The notes under the pieces: generated by a model
The model's database searches: none
What the model was told of the DNA's origin: nothing
Seen by the model: the letters and a program-made list of their open reading frames with translations, nothing else
Part shown: piece after piece, positions 1-7,584 of the stretch
Layout of the letters: each line of letters starts with the position of its first letter
Numbering within the stretch: the stretch's first letter is position 1
Program-made: the position numbers and the translations under genes
Assembly (NCBI GenBank): GCA_023511455.1
Contig: JAIMBJ010000014.1
Location: 1,949-65,948, forward strand
DNA: 64,000 nucleotides
DNA from: Bacillota bacterium
Lineage (GTDB): Bacteria > Armatimonadota > HRBIN16
Direction of reading: 5' to 3'

Positions 1-450
1 GCGACGCTGCATCTCCACTGGCAGTTCGTAAAAATCGCCCAGATCAACGTGAGTCTCTGAAAGGCGTTGGTACTCCCGCGCCAGTTCTGCGTTCCACGGC
101 ACCTGCTTGAGCTGTTCTATCAACACCGAGTTGGCAATCCCGCGTGCTTCCTTCACAGTTAGGGCTCTTGTCAGCATCTCTTTCACCCGAGGATGCTGCA
201 CTGTGCGCAAGAGATCGATCAGCGTTGGAATGACCTCAGGGTACGAAAGCCCAGTATTGACCAGTGCGTCTAGCGGCGAGAGTGGTTCTGTTTGCCAGAG
301 AGCGCGTGCCTCTGTTTCATACTGGACAATCTCTCGCACTCTGGGAAACTGCTCCAGCACACGGTCGACCTTTTCGTACTCGCTTTGGCGCAGTTGTTCA
401 TCAAGCGCGAGTTCCAGCATCGGTTCATCTACAATCGGTTCCATCGCCAC
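1..450 (-). CDS. HEAT-repeat protein, putative immunity protein (copy 1; 3' end cut by window edge)
   Basis: Nucleotide-identical to 6480-6929; same N-terminus MAMEPIVDEP. See full copy at 6111-6929. Confidence 0.6.
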   Translation of the reverse strand, partial: MAMEPIVDEPMLELALDEQLRQSEYEKVDRVLEQFPRVREIVQYETEARALWQTEPLSPLDALVNTGLSYPEVIPTLIDLLRTVQHPRVKEMLTRALTVKEARGIANSVLIEQLKQVPWNAELAREYQRLSETHVDLGDFYELPVEMQRR

Positions 451-453
451 ACC

Positions 454-693
454 TCATAGTATGGGCTTGTGGATGCTTCTACCCTGTCGGATGAGGTCTT
501 GCAGTCGTTTATCCAAGACCGTATTGCGTCGTGTGATGAGTACAAAGGTGTGGTTATAATTCTTGCACCACTCTAAATAGTCTTGAAGTTGTTTGGTGTA
601 TCGCAGCTCGCGGACATTCTTTACTTCTTCAAGTGTGCACGCATTTTTATTAACCTCTTCAGGGAACGGGACCCCTTCGATTGAGCAGTGCAA
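454..693 (-). CDS. 79-aa ORF, possible truncated toxin-tip remnant coupled to the HEAT protein (copy 1)
   Basis: Identical to 6933-7172. TTG start without Shine-Dalgarno; its stop lies 3 nt before the HEAT ORF start. No family recognised. Confidence 0.3.
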   Translation of the reverse strand: MHCSIEGVPFPEEVNKNACTLEEVKNVRELRYTKQLQDYLEWCKNYNHTFVLITRRNTVLDKRLQDLIRQGRSIHKPIL

Positions 694-770
694 AACACAT
701 ACGCCGTTAGGAAAGTTAGAAACTACACATGGCTTATATACTCACCGCAGCACGGTTCAAACAGCCAAAT

Positions 771-1073
771 CTAACCGCTTTCGCTATCTGCAGATTCAAC
801 TTTCGCTATAGCTATCAGAATCTGTTGACAAACTTCCTCGTCTCCGAAAAATGAAGGACTCTCTCTACGCCACTCTTCGTTTGGTTCGTAGTAATCAAGG
901 TCGACTGCAAGATCGTTAAGAATGTCCCAGATCTGCTGCTCACCTGGTGCGATCTCATCCTCTCTGGTGTCCCACACCAGCTGCTGAAACCTGTTTATCC
1001 TTTCGGAGCGATTCTTCGGGTTCTCAATCGCTTCCTTGAGCAACCCGATCAGCATCTCCAACTTTGGACTCAT
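771..1073 (-). CDS. 100-aa acidic protein, putative immunity protein for the upstream RHS toxin tip (copy 1)
   Basis: Lies directly downstream of toxin tip 1106-1846. GGAGGGG Shine-Dalgarno 5 nt before the ATG. Identical to 7250-7552. Confidence 0.55.
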   Translation of the reverse strand: MSPKLEMLIGLLKEAIENPKNRSERINRFQQLVWDTREDEIAPGEQQIWDILNDLAVDLDYYEPNEEWRRESPSFFGDEEVCQQILIAIAKVESADSESG

Positions 1074-1105
1074 CCAGCCCCTCCAAGAGAATTTTACCCA
1101 CCAGG

Positions 1106-1846
1106 CTATCTACATCGTACAGGCTGATAGCGCGGACTTAGCTCGCGTGTCACAAAAGTAGTTGTGACCTTACCAGTTACAGGATTACGCGCTACTACAA
1201 GATGTTTTCCACTAGCCATTCCGTGTTCGAGAACGTGGATGATTGTTTTCGTTTTAGGATCCCAGAACTGCCTGCCACGTTCTGTGGCTTTTCGCACCAT
1301 CGCCGGAGTAATCCCGCGTTCGGACATACGTTGCAACGCATGCTTAGAAAAAACAAGACGCGGTGCCAAAGCTGTGGATGTACGCGCACCACCAACTGCT
1401 GTTGCTTGCCTAACAGCGCCCCGCACTCCTTGGGAAGCCGCTGCTTTTGCCGTAGCAGCACCCCCAAACACCATCTCATCCCCTGGAACCACAGAGGAAA
1501 ACCCTGCCAGCAGTAGGGCACCGCCCCACAAAGTCGCATCCCACGCCAGCTGCCATCCCGACGCCTGTCCGCAATCATAACGCCCTGCCGTCGTACCGAA
1601 CCGCTCTGTCAAACCGAACATCAAGTTCTGATCCACCCACTGGCTCAGCCCGCCCATTCCGCCCATATACCAGCGTTTGAGATCTTCCCAAAAGTCTAAG
1701 CCAGAGGGGTCTGCCAGGTTCACGGGGTCGTTGAGACAGTACCGATACAGGTTCGGGTCGCCGGAGGCGATGTCAATCGGGTCTCTCTGCAGCCATCTTG
1801 CGGTGCGCGGGTCGTACTCCCGTGCGCCCGCGTGGCACAGCCCCAC
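1106..1846 (-). CDS. Orphan RHS C-terminal toxin cassette, DUF4258-like tip (copy 1)
   Basis: Carries GAREYDPRTARWLQRDPIDIASGDPNLYRYCLNDPVNLADPSGL, the end of the RHS repeat-associated core. The tip contains FSKHALQRMSERGITPAMV, which resembles DUF4258. The frame is open back to 1879 and closed by TAA at 1880-1882. No ATG or SD. Confidence 0.75.
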   Translation of the reverse strand: MGLCHAGAREYDPRTARWLQRDPIDIASGDPNLYRYCLNDPVNLADPSGLDFWEDLKRWYMGGMGGLSQWVDQNLMFGLTERFGTTAGRYDCGQASGWQLAWDATLWGGALLLAGFSSVVPGDEMVFGGAATAKAAASQGVRGAVRQATAVGGARTSTALAPRLVFSKHALQRMSERGITPAMVRKATERGRQFWDPKTKTIIHVLEHGMASGKHLVVARNPVTGKVTTTFVTRELSPRYQPVRCR

Positions 1847-1983
1847 GGTGGGCAGCCACTCATACCCCGCGGCGGCGTTTTAGTGCTGTCAAGGAGCAGG
1901 CGGGTGTTGCCCCACCTTTACGAGCATTATAGCGGGTGCAGCCGAAGAAAGCAAGGTTGTTCCCTCTACGTCGGGCATCATCG

Positions 1984-2832
1984 TTACGGCAGGTTGGGTT
2001 GCGCTATCAGATATTGCAATGCCTCGCGGAAGGAGGTGAACTCGGCGCTTGGGGTTCCGTCCTCGTGATGGAAGTAGTAGACGCGCGGCTGTTCATCCCC
2101 TTCCCGCGCAACGATGAACCCACCGCCACGCCCTGCTAATACCCAGTAGATGGCTTCTCCAAAGTTAACCTCATACATGGAGGATATGCCGAAAACGTCA
2201 ACGTCGCCGGTTATAAAACCATCACACTGTTTCAAAAGTTCATGGTAGTCGTCTGGTAAAAGAAGCCGACGCCGATTTAGCCACCGCTCACGCTCGGGGG
2301 CATCCATGGGATAAGCCATCTCCAGCACCGGGTGCTGGGATATCCAATCCGCGAGCCATCCACTCATGACAGGAAACAAGCCGGGGGCGGAGACCACCTC
2401 AGGTGATACGGGCGCATCGGGACGCATGGGGTCAGAAAGTAGCTCTACCGAAAGCACCTTTACCTCAACGTCATGGCGTTTCCGAATGCGACGGACGTCT
2501 CTGCTGTATGTAATGCTAAAGAAACGACCATCGACCAGATGGATACGTGCCTGATAAACCGTGTTGCGGCACTCGAATCGCACCACCGCAAGACGTCTCT
2601 CCTCTTCGGGGTGGTGAGGGAAGCGGACAGTAGGCTCATCGGGCGAAGCAGGGTAATAATCCGCTTCGGTACCCAGAATTAGCTGACAGCGTCTGAGGAC
2701 ACGCAGCTGTTCATCCCATATCGCCTGCGCTTCCGGGGATAGATGCTTCCTCACCTCGTCCAGTATCTGTTTATCCAGAGGCGCGATGACTTCTCGCCTA
2801 AAAACGGTAGAAAGCCATGCCTTCAAGGACAT
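1984..2832 (-). CDS. SMI1/KNR4 (SUKH-1)-like immunity protein
   Basis: C-terminal LPDDYHELLKQCDGF...FGEAIYWVLAG...SFREALQYL resembles SUKH. ATG at 2832 (MSLKAW) overlaps the upstream toxin stop by 10 nt. Confidence 0.6.
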   Translation of the reverse strand: MSLKAWLSTVFRREVIAPLDKQILDEVRKHLSPEAQAIWDEQLRVLRRCQLILGTEADYYPASPDEPTVRFPHHPEEERRLAVVRFECRNTVYQARIHLVDGRFFSITYSRDVRRIRKRHDVEVKVLSVELLSDPMRPDAPVSPEVVSAPGLFPVMSGWLADWISQHPVLEMAYPMDAPERERWLNRRRLLLPDDYHELLKQCDGFITGDVDVFGISSMYEVNFGEAIYWVLAGRGGGFIVAREGDEQPRVYYFHHEDGTPSAEFTSFREALQYLIAQPNLP

Positions 2833-3446
2833 TTTCCGTCTCCCAGCACCAGTTTGTTCCACCAGCTGGAGAGCCACCCAGCTGCCATCCCTGCTACTCC
2901 CACCGTCACTGAACTGGGAACCCTGTGTAACTGTTGTCTCCATACGGGATACGCTGGGTTAGCCTCCTTCCAGCGACTCGGAAGGAACTGCCGACGAAAC
3001 GGGTCGTTCTTTGCATGTTCCGCTGCCCACATATACTTGGTATTCAAAGGAGAATCCATAAACCATTTGGGAACCCAGCGATATCGTTGCGGTATCCAGT
3101 GCGACACTTCCACCTTCTCCACGCCGCGCACCCTGCCATAAACGAACACCCGGGCAGGGTCAGGCCGAGACAAACTAGCCAGTCGTGCATTCCGCGCGTA
3201 ACCCAACCAGCCGCTGAGTGCGGTCGTGTGCAGAATACCAGTAACCTCGCCCGCGTTATACCAGCCACTACACCGGTTCACGACGCTATCTACCCCCATC
3301 CATTGACGGGCTTTAGCCGTTAAGCCAAAAGTAAGCGTATCGCCCCAACCGGCGAAAAAATTCGCGGCGTCATCTAGCCAATCCAGTCCCGAAGGGTCTA
3401 CTGTGTTAACAGGATAAAACCTTGCAGAACTTTGCAGCACGGGCAA
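2823..3446 (-). CDS. Orphan polymorphic-toxin tip keeping only the last ~15 aa of the RHS core; unassigned toxin domain
   Basis: Starts ..ARFYPVNTVDPSGLDW and continues into sequence I cannot assign. TTG start with no SD. Followed by the SUKH-like ORF. Confidence 0.5.
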   Translation of the reverse strand: MPVLQSSARFYPVNTVDPSGLDWLDDAANFFAGWGDTLTFGLTAKARQWMGVDSVVNRCSGWYNAGEVTGILHTTALSGWLGYARNARLASLSRPDPARVFVYGRVRGVEKVEVSHWIPQRYRWVPKWFMDSPLNTKYMWAAEHAKNDPFRRQFLPSRWKEANPAYPVWRQQLHRVPSSVTVGVAGMAAGWLSSWWNKLVLGDGKCP

Positions 3447-3459
3447 GATCAGGAAAAGG

Positions 3460-3828
3460 CTAAAACCGCTTTAACCACAGCAAAAAACGCTTCCAAAAAC
3501 CAGCTACACCCCGTGCCTCTGCAGCCTCTCGCCGCTTCCTTTCCCATTCCTGTCTGTTCAAAGCCGCTTTTTCCACTAGAGATAAAATCTCGTGATACTG
3601 CTGTTCTGAAGGATTATACAATCGGCAGCGTAAGACCTCCATTTGGCGCACTAGTAGGGAGACCGGACGCCCATATTTATCCAATACCACCATCTCCTCC
3701 CTGTCACTCGGATCATCACTGTCGTACCACTCGACATAGCTACCCAAACTGTCGAAACCGTGTTCTATAAAATATCCATCATGAATATCGATAAGTCGTA
3801 CTGGAAAGGCAACCTCATGTACAGGCAT
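3460..3828 (-). CDS. 122-aa putative immunity protein
   Basis: ATG lies 3 nt after the stop of toxin tip 3832-4536. Acidic N-terminal half. No family recognised. Confidence 0.5.
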   Translation of the reverse strand: MPVHEVAFPVRLIDIHDGYFIEHGFDSLGSYVEWYDSDDPSDREEMVVLDKYGRPVSLLVRQMEVLRCRLYNPSEQQYHEILSLVEKAALNRQEWERKRREAAEARGVAGFWKRFLLWLKRF

Positions 3829-3831
3829 CGC

Positions 3832-4536
3832 CTACCACCCCTGCCATGGTCTGTGTCTGCCTATGCCCGGTCGTCTATGGTAATGTAGCCATTTCCAGAA
3901 AGGCGCATACCTAGGTGGCGTGTCTTGCCACTTGTGCCAATCTAAGGCGAATATTCGCTTTCCGTCTCGGTAGACATTCATTCCTACGCCACCAGTATGT
4001 TGGTAATCTATCCACTGGAAATTATATCGTCCTATTCTAACACCGTTGGAGGTCGCTACCCCACCTAAGACTCCGCCCATCCCCCCAATCAACGCAGCTC
4101 CTATCGTCTCGCACGGGCGGTAGCAATTTTGCCAGGCAAAAGCCAGCGATACGCCCTGCACCGCAAGGTCACTGCTTGCCCCAGCTAAAGCACCACCAAG
4201 CACTGCACCAGCCGTGCCCCCAATACCAAACGTCCCTGCCAAGCTGGCTCCTGCCACGCCGCCCAGCACGCCCGCAGCGCCGATAACCGCCCCCCGCAAC
4301 CCGCCATGCCAGATGTTCTCGCCGGACACCCAGGCAGTTACTCCACCTACAATACCACCGAGCACCACTCCTGCACCCACACCTGCCAATAGGGGCACAA
4401 ACATGCCGTCGGGGTCAGCAATGTTGACAGGGTTATTCAGGCAGTAGAGGTAGAGGTTGGGATGCCCGCCGGCAACACCAATCGGGTCTCTCTGAAGCCA
4501 TCGTGTGGTGCGCGGGTCATATTCGCGGGCGCCCAC
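3832..4536 (-). CDS. Orphan RHS C-terminal toxin cassette with a glycine-zipper membrane segment and an unassigned W/H/R-rich tip
   Basis: Carries GAREYDPRTTRWLQRDPIGVAGGHPNLYLYCLNNPVNIADPDGM, then a long G/A/V/I-rich stretch, then YNFQWIDYQHTGG..WHKWQ..HYHRRPG. In-frame TAA at 4540-4542 sits just 5' of HVGAREYDP. Confidence 0.7.
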   Translation of the reverse strand: MGAREYDPRTTRWLQRDPIGVAGGHPNLYLYCLNNPVNIADPDGMFVPLLAGVGAGVVLGGIVGGVTAWVSGENIWHGGLRGAVIGAAGVLGGVAGASLAGTFGIGGTAGAVLGGALAGASSDLAVQGVSLAFAWQNCYRPCETIGAALIGGMGGVLGGVATSNGVRIGRYNFQWIDYQHTGGVGMNVYRDGKRIFALDWHKWQDTPPRYAPFWKWLHYHRRPGIGRHRPWQGW

Positions 4537-4620
4537 ATGTTATAAGCATATAGTCCTGTCCTACATAGGGTATGTTGGCTGAGGCATATGCTTGCCATCT
4601 CTATAGCCATTGCCCGCGCT

Positions 4621-5289
4621 TCAAATCTCCTTCTCCAGGCGTAGCTGGGTCAAAGTAAACTGGCGCCATTCATACAGTTGCTGCACTGCCGCCTCCGATG
4701 ACTGCTCCAGCAACGACATCATCCGATTGACACGCTCCGCTATCTCCCCCATCCACGGATAGTTCGGTTCATCTTGGCGCAACTCGGTATACAAGCGAGG
4801 CAAAATCCGCCGCGCAAGACGATAATCGCCAATCAAAATATAAGAATAGGCTTTTACTTCTTGATAGTGAACATCCTTAGGATTTCCACTCTTTTTGTCA
4901 ATCCACCATATCACCTCACTGGGGGTCCGCACCTTATCCAGAAATGGTAACCCGTACTTTTGCATATACCAGTAGATTTCCTGCATCACTTGCTTCTCCT
5001 GCTCGTTATCCTCTGGACGCCACCGCCACCAGATGTCTCTGTCATGTTGAAACCATCCCAATCGCCCACCAATATTCAACACAAAGTGATCACAGGGCAC
5101 ATAGAGTGGCTGAGCGAACACCCATACCGTGAAGGCTTCCCTGTCCAGATAAGAGGTTTGAAAGTAGAAGGCACGAAGAACCATCTCCACTGGGGTGGCG
5201 TATAGAATCGTCGTCGGTTTGTACCTGAAGTTGGGCAATAGAGGTAGGATGTGTTTTCTAAACGCCTTCATCAGAATGCTGGCTTTCAT
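4621..5289 (-). CDS. Putative immunity protein (possibly DUF4304-like)
   Basis: ATG at 5289 (MKASILMKAF) forms an ATGA overlap with the toxin stop at 5286-5288. The family call is from memory of the DUF4304 N-terminal pattern and has low certainty. Confidence 0.55.
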   Translation of the reverse strand: MKASILMKAFRKHILPLLPNFRYKPTTILYATPVEMVLRAFYFQTSYLDREAFTVWVFAQPLYVPCDHFVLNIGGRLGWFQHDRDIWWRWRPEDNEQEKQVMQEIYWYMQKYGLPFLDKVRTPSEVIWWIDKKSGNPKDVHYQEVKAYSYILIGDYRLARRILPRLYTELRQDEPNYPWMGEIAERVNRMMSLLEQSSEAAVQQLYEWRQFTLTQLRLEKEI

Positions 5290-6029
5290 CTGGGGCGTAC
5301 CTCCCGAATAGGAATATTTTCGCAACCTTTGGGGAGATGCCGACGTATCTGCTCAATCCGTTTCGGTGTCAACTGCGCACCTCCTGTCTTCAAATCCCAA
5401 ATCTCCTTCGGCTTATCAAGACGACCTCTAACCGCATCTACCCGTACTGAGCCCCGGGAACCTCTGGGTACTACCACACCGTTCCTATAGGATACCTCAG
5501 CGCGGATTCGTCCACGCGAGATTTGTTGCACCTGCTTTGCGAACTCCGTATGAACACGAGTCCCATGCGCAGCACCACGACCAGAACCTACGATACGCTG
5601 CGCATTATTCGCTGCCTGTTGAACCTGCCTCGCAGCGCGCGCAGAAAATATGAACTCTCCCACGCCCAGCGTAGCCGCTGTAATCAAACACTCACGACCC
5701 ACTCCAGCGAAGAAGTTGCTGGTATCAAAACCAACCTGATCTTTGTAAGCGCCTCCATCCCACAAGCCAAAAGTGAAGACACTGCCAACCGCCGCCAATC
5801 CCGTCTTGAGACCTTCTGACACAACCTCACTGTTGAAGAGGAAAGGTCCTATCCAGATTCCATCCTCTGTCTTCTTGAACCAGTCCTTTCCTCCGTCATC
5901 TGCCATGTTGATGGGGTCATTGCCCGCATACCGATACAGGTTCGGGTCGCCGGAGGCGATGTCAATCGGGTCGCGTTGGAGCCATCTTGCGGTGCGCGGG
6001 TCGTACTCGCGGGCGCCGACATGATACAA
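5286..6029 (-). CDS. Orphan RHS C-terminal toxin cassette, PD-(D/E)xK nuclease-like tip
   Basis: Carries LYHVGAREYDPRTARWLQRDPIDIASGDPNLYRYAGNDPINMAD. The tip has HGTRVHTEF...VRVDAV...IWDLKTGG, a D...D-x-K pattern. The frame is open back to 6110 (RWNGAYGYEYIPATG) and sits directly behind the TAG of the HEAT gene in the same frame. Confidence 0.7.
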   Translation of the reverse strand: MYHVGAREYDPRTARWLQRDPIDIASGDPNLYRYAGNDPINMADDGGKDWFKKTEDGIWIGPFLFNSEVVSEGLKTGLAAVGSVFTFGLWDGGAYKDQVGFDTSNFFAGVGRECLITAATLGVGEFIFSARAARQVQQAANNAQRIVGSGRGAAHGTRVHTEFAKQVQQISRGRIRAEVSYRNGVVVPRGSRGSVRVDAVRGRLDKPKEIWDLKTGGAQLTPKRIEQIRRHLPKGCENIPIREVRPR

Positions 6030-6110
6030 ACCTGTGGCTGGGATGTACTCATACCCGTACGCCCCGTTCCAGCGGGAGGGCTGGCGCGTGGTCTCCGCGT
6101 GAGCGTTCCG

Positions 6111-6929
6111 CTATTTCTTCAAACGCGCCACTACCTTCTCCACCATCTTGCGGAACTCGCCTTGACTACGCTTTGCCATCCGCTCCGCAAACCGTGCCAA
6201 TATCGCCTCCCGTGCCTCCCGCACCTTCAAACGCGCCAACCCACGCGCCGCCTCTAACGCGACGCCATCGTCAAAATCCTGCAACAACTCCAGCAACAAC
6301 TCGCGCAGCCCTTCAGGACGAAAGCGAACCATTGCGCGTAAGATTTGGGTGCGTGCCGAACCGTAGCGTGGGTCGCGCACAATCTCCAACAGGTGGGGCA
6401 GGTCTTCCCGCTGCGCCAGATACCCAATCGCATTCCCAAAAGCGAAAAGCAAACTCTCCCACGGAGCCAGCGTGCGGATGCGACGCTGCATCTCCACTGG
6501 CAGTTCGTAAAAATCGCCCAGATCAACGTGAGTCTCTGAAAGGCGTTGGTACTCCCGCGCCAGTTCTGCGTTCCACGGCACCTGCTTGAGCTGTTCTATC
6601 AACACCGAGTTGGCAATCCCGCGTGCTTCCTTCACAGTTAGGGCTCTTGTCAGCATCTCTTTCACCCGAGGATGCTGCACTGTGCGCAAGAGATCGATCA
6701 GCGTTGGAATGACCTCAGGGTACGAAAGCCCAGTATTGACCAGTGCGTCTAGCGGCGAGAGTGGTTCTGTTTGCCAGAGAGCGCGTGCCTCTGTTTCATA
6801 CTGGACAATCTCTCGCACTCTGGGAAACTGCTCCAGCACACGGTCGACCTTTTCGTACTCGCTTTGGCGCAGTTGTTCATCAAGCGCGAGTTCCAGCATC
6901 GGTTCATCTACAATCGGTTCCATCGCCAC
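6111..6929 (-). CDS. HEAT-repeat protein, putative immunity protein (copy 2, complete)
   Basis: Repeated HEAT/PBS-lyase-like units (LLEIVRDPRYGSARTQILRAM.., DDGVALEAARGLARLK). The more likely start is the ATG at 6923, preceded by GAGGTG. Confidence 0.65.
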   Translation of the reverse strand: MAMEPIVDEPMLELALDEQLRQSEYEKVDRVLEQFPRVREIVQYETEARALWQTEPLSPLDALVNTGLSYPEVIPTLIDLLRTVQHPRVKEMLTRALTVKEARGIANSVLIEQLKQVPWNAELAREYQRLSETHVDLGDFYELPVEMQRRIRTLAPWESLLFAFGNAIGYLAQREDLPHLLEIVRDPRYGSARTQILRAMVRFRPEGLRELLLELLQDFDDGVALEAARGLARLKVREAREAILARFAERMAKRSQGEFRKMVEKVVARLKK

Positions 6930-6932
6930 ACC

Positions 6933-7172
6933 TCATAGTATGGGCTTGTGGATGCTTCTACCCTGTCGGATGAGGTCTTGCAGTCGTTTATCCAAGACCG
7001 TATTGCGTCGTGTGATGAGTACAAAGGTGTGGTTATAATTCTTGCACCACTCTAAATAGTCTTGAAGTTGTTTGGTGTATCGCAGCTCGCGGACATTCTT
7101 TACTTCTTCAAGTGTGCACGCATTTTTATTAACCTCTTCAGGGAACGGGACCCCTTCGATTGAGCAGTGCAA
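6933..7172 (-). CDS. 79-aa ORF, possible truncated toxin-tip remnant (copy 2)
   Basis: Same evidence as 454-693. The open frame extends 5' to a TGA about 60 nt upstream and contains no ATG or GTG. Confidence 0.3.
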   Translation of the reverse strand: MHCSIEGVPFPEEVNKNACTLEEVKNVRELRYTKQLQDYLEWCKNYNHTFVLITRRNTVLDKRLQDLIRQGRSIHKPIL

Positions 7173-7249
7173 AACACATACGCCGTTAGGAAAGTTAGAA
7201 ACTACACATGGCTTATATACTCACCGCAGCACGGTTCAAACAGCCAAAT

Positions 7250-7552
7250 CTAACCGCTTTCGCTATCTGCAGATTCAACTTTCGCTATAGCTATCAGAAT
7301 CTGTTGACAAACTTCCTCGTCTCCGAAAAATGAAGGACTCTCTCTACGCCACTCTTCGTTTGGTTCGTAGTAATCAAGGTCGACTGCAAGATCGTTAAGA
7401 ATGTCCCAGATCTGCTGCTCACCTGGTGCGATCTCATCCTCTCTGGTGTCCCACACCAGCTGCTGAAACCTGTTTATCCTTTCGGAGCGATTCTTCGGGT
7501 TCTCAATCGCTTCCTTGAGCAACCCGATCAGCATCTCCAACTTTGGACTCAT
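7250..7552 (-). CDS. 100-aa putative immunity protein (copy 2)
   Basis: Identical to 771-1073. SD GGAGGGG. Confidence 0.55.
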   Translation of the reverse strand: MSPKLEMLIGLLKEAIENPKNRSERINRFQQLVWDTREDEIAPGEQQIWDILNDLAVDLDYYEPNEEWRRESPSFFGDEEVCQQILIAIAKVESADSESG

Positions 7553-7584
7553 CCAGCCCCTCCAAGAGAATTTTACCCACCAGG

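Larger units (their letters stand above)
1..1813. repeat. Direct repeat copy A (perfect match to 6480-8292)
   Basis: All ORF-track translations in 107-1846 recur unchanged at +6479. Line-by-line checks show the first mismatch at 1814/8293. Confidence 0.85.

Noticed and set aside
1-1813. The 1.8-kb repeat could be an insertion sequence or transposon.
   Set aside because: There is no transposase or integrase ORF, no terminal inverted repeats and no target-site duplication. The repeat consists of the cassette genes themselves, so segmental duplication or gene conversion is the simpler reading.
4546-4596. An 8-bp inverted repeat (AAGCATAT ... ATATGCTT) lies between an immunity gene and the next toxin cassette.
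   Set aside because: The stem is short and AT-rich with a loop of about 35 nt and no U tract. It is too weak to call a terminator or a recombination site.
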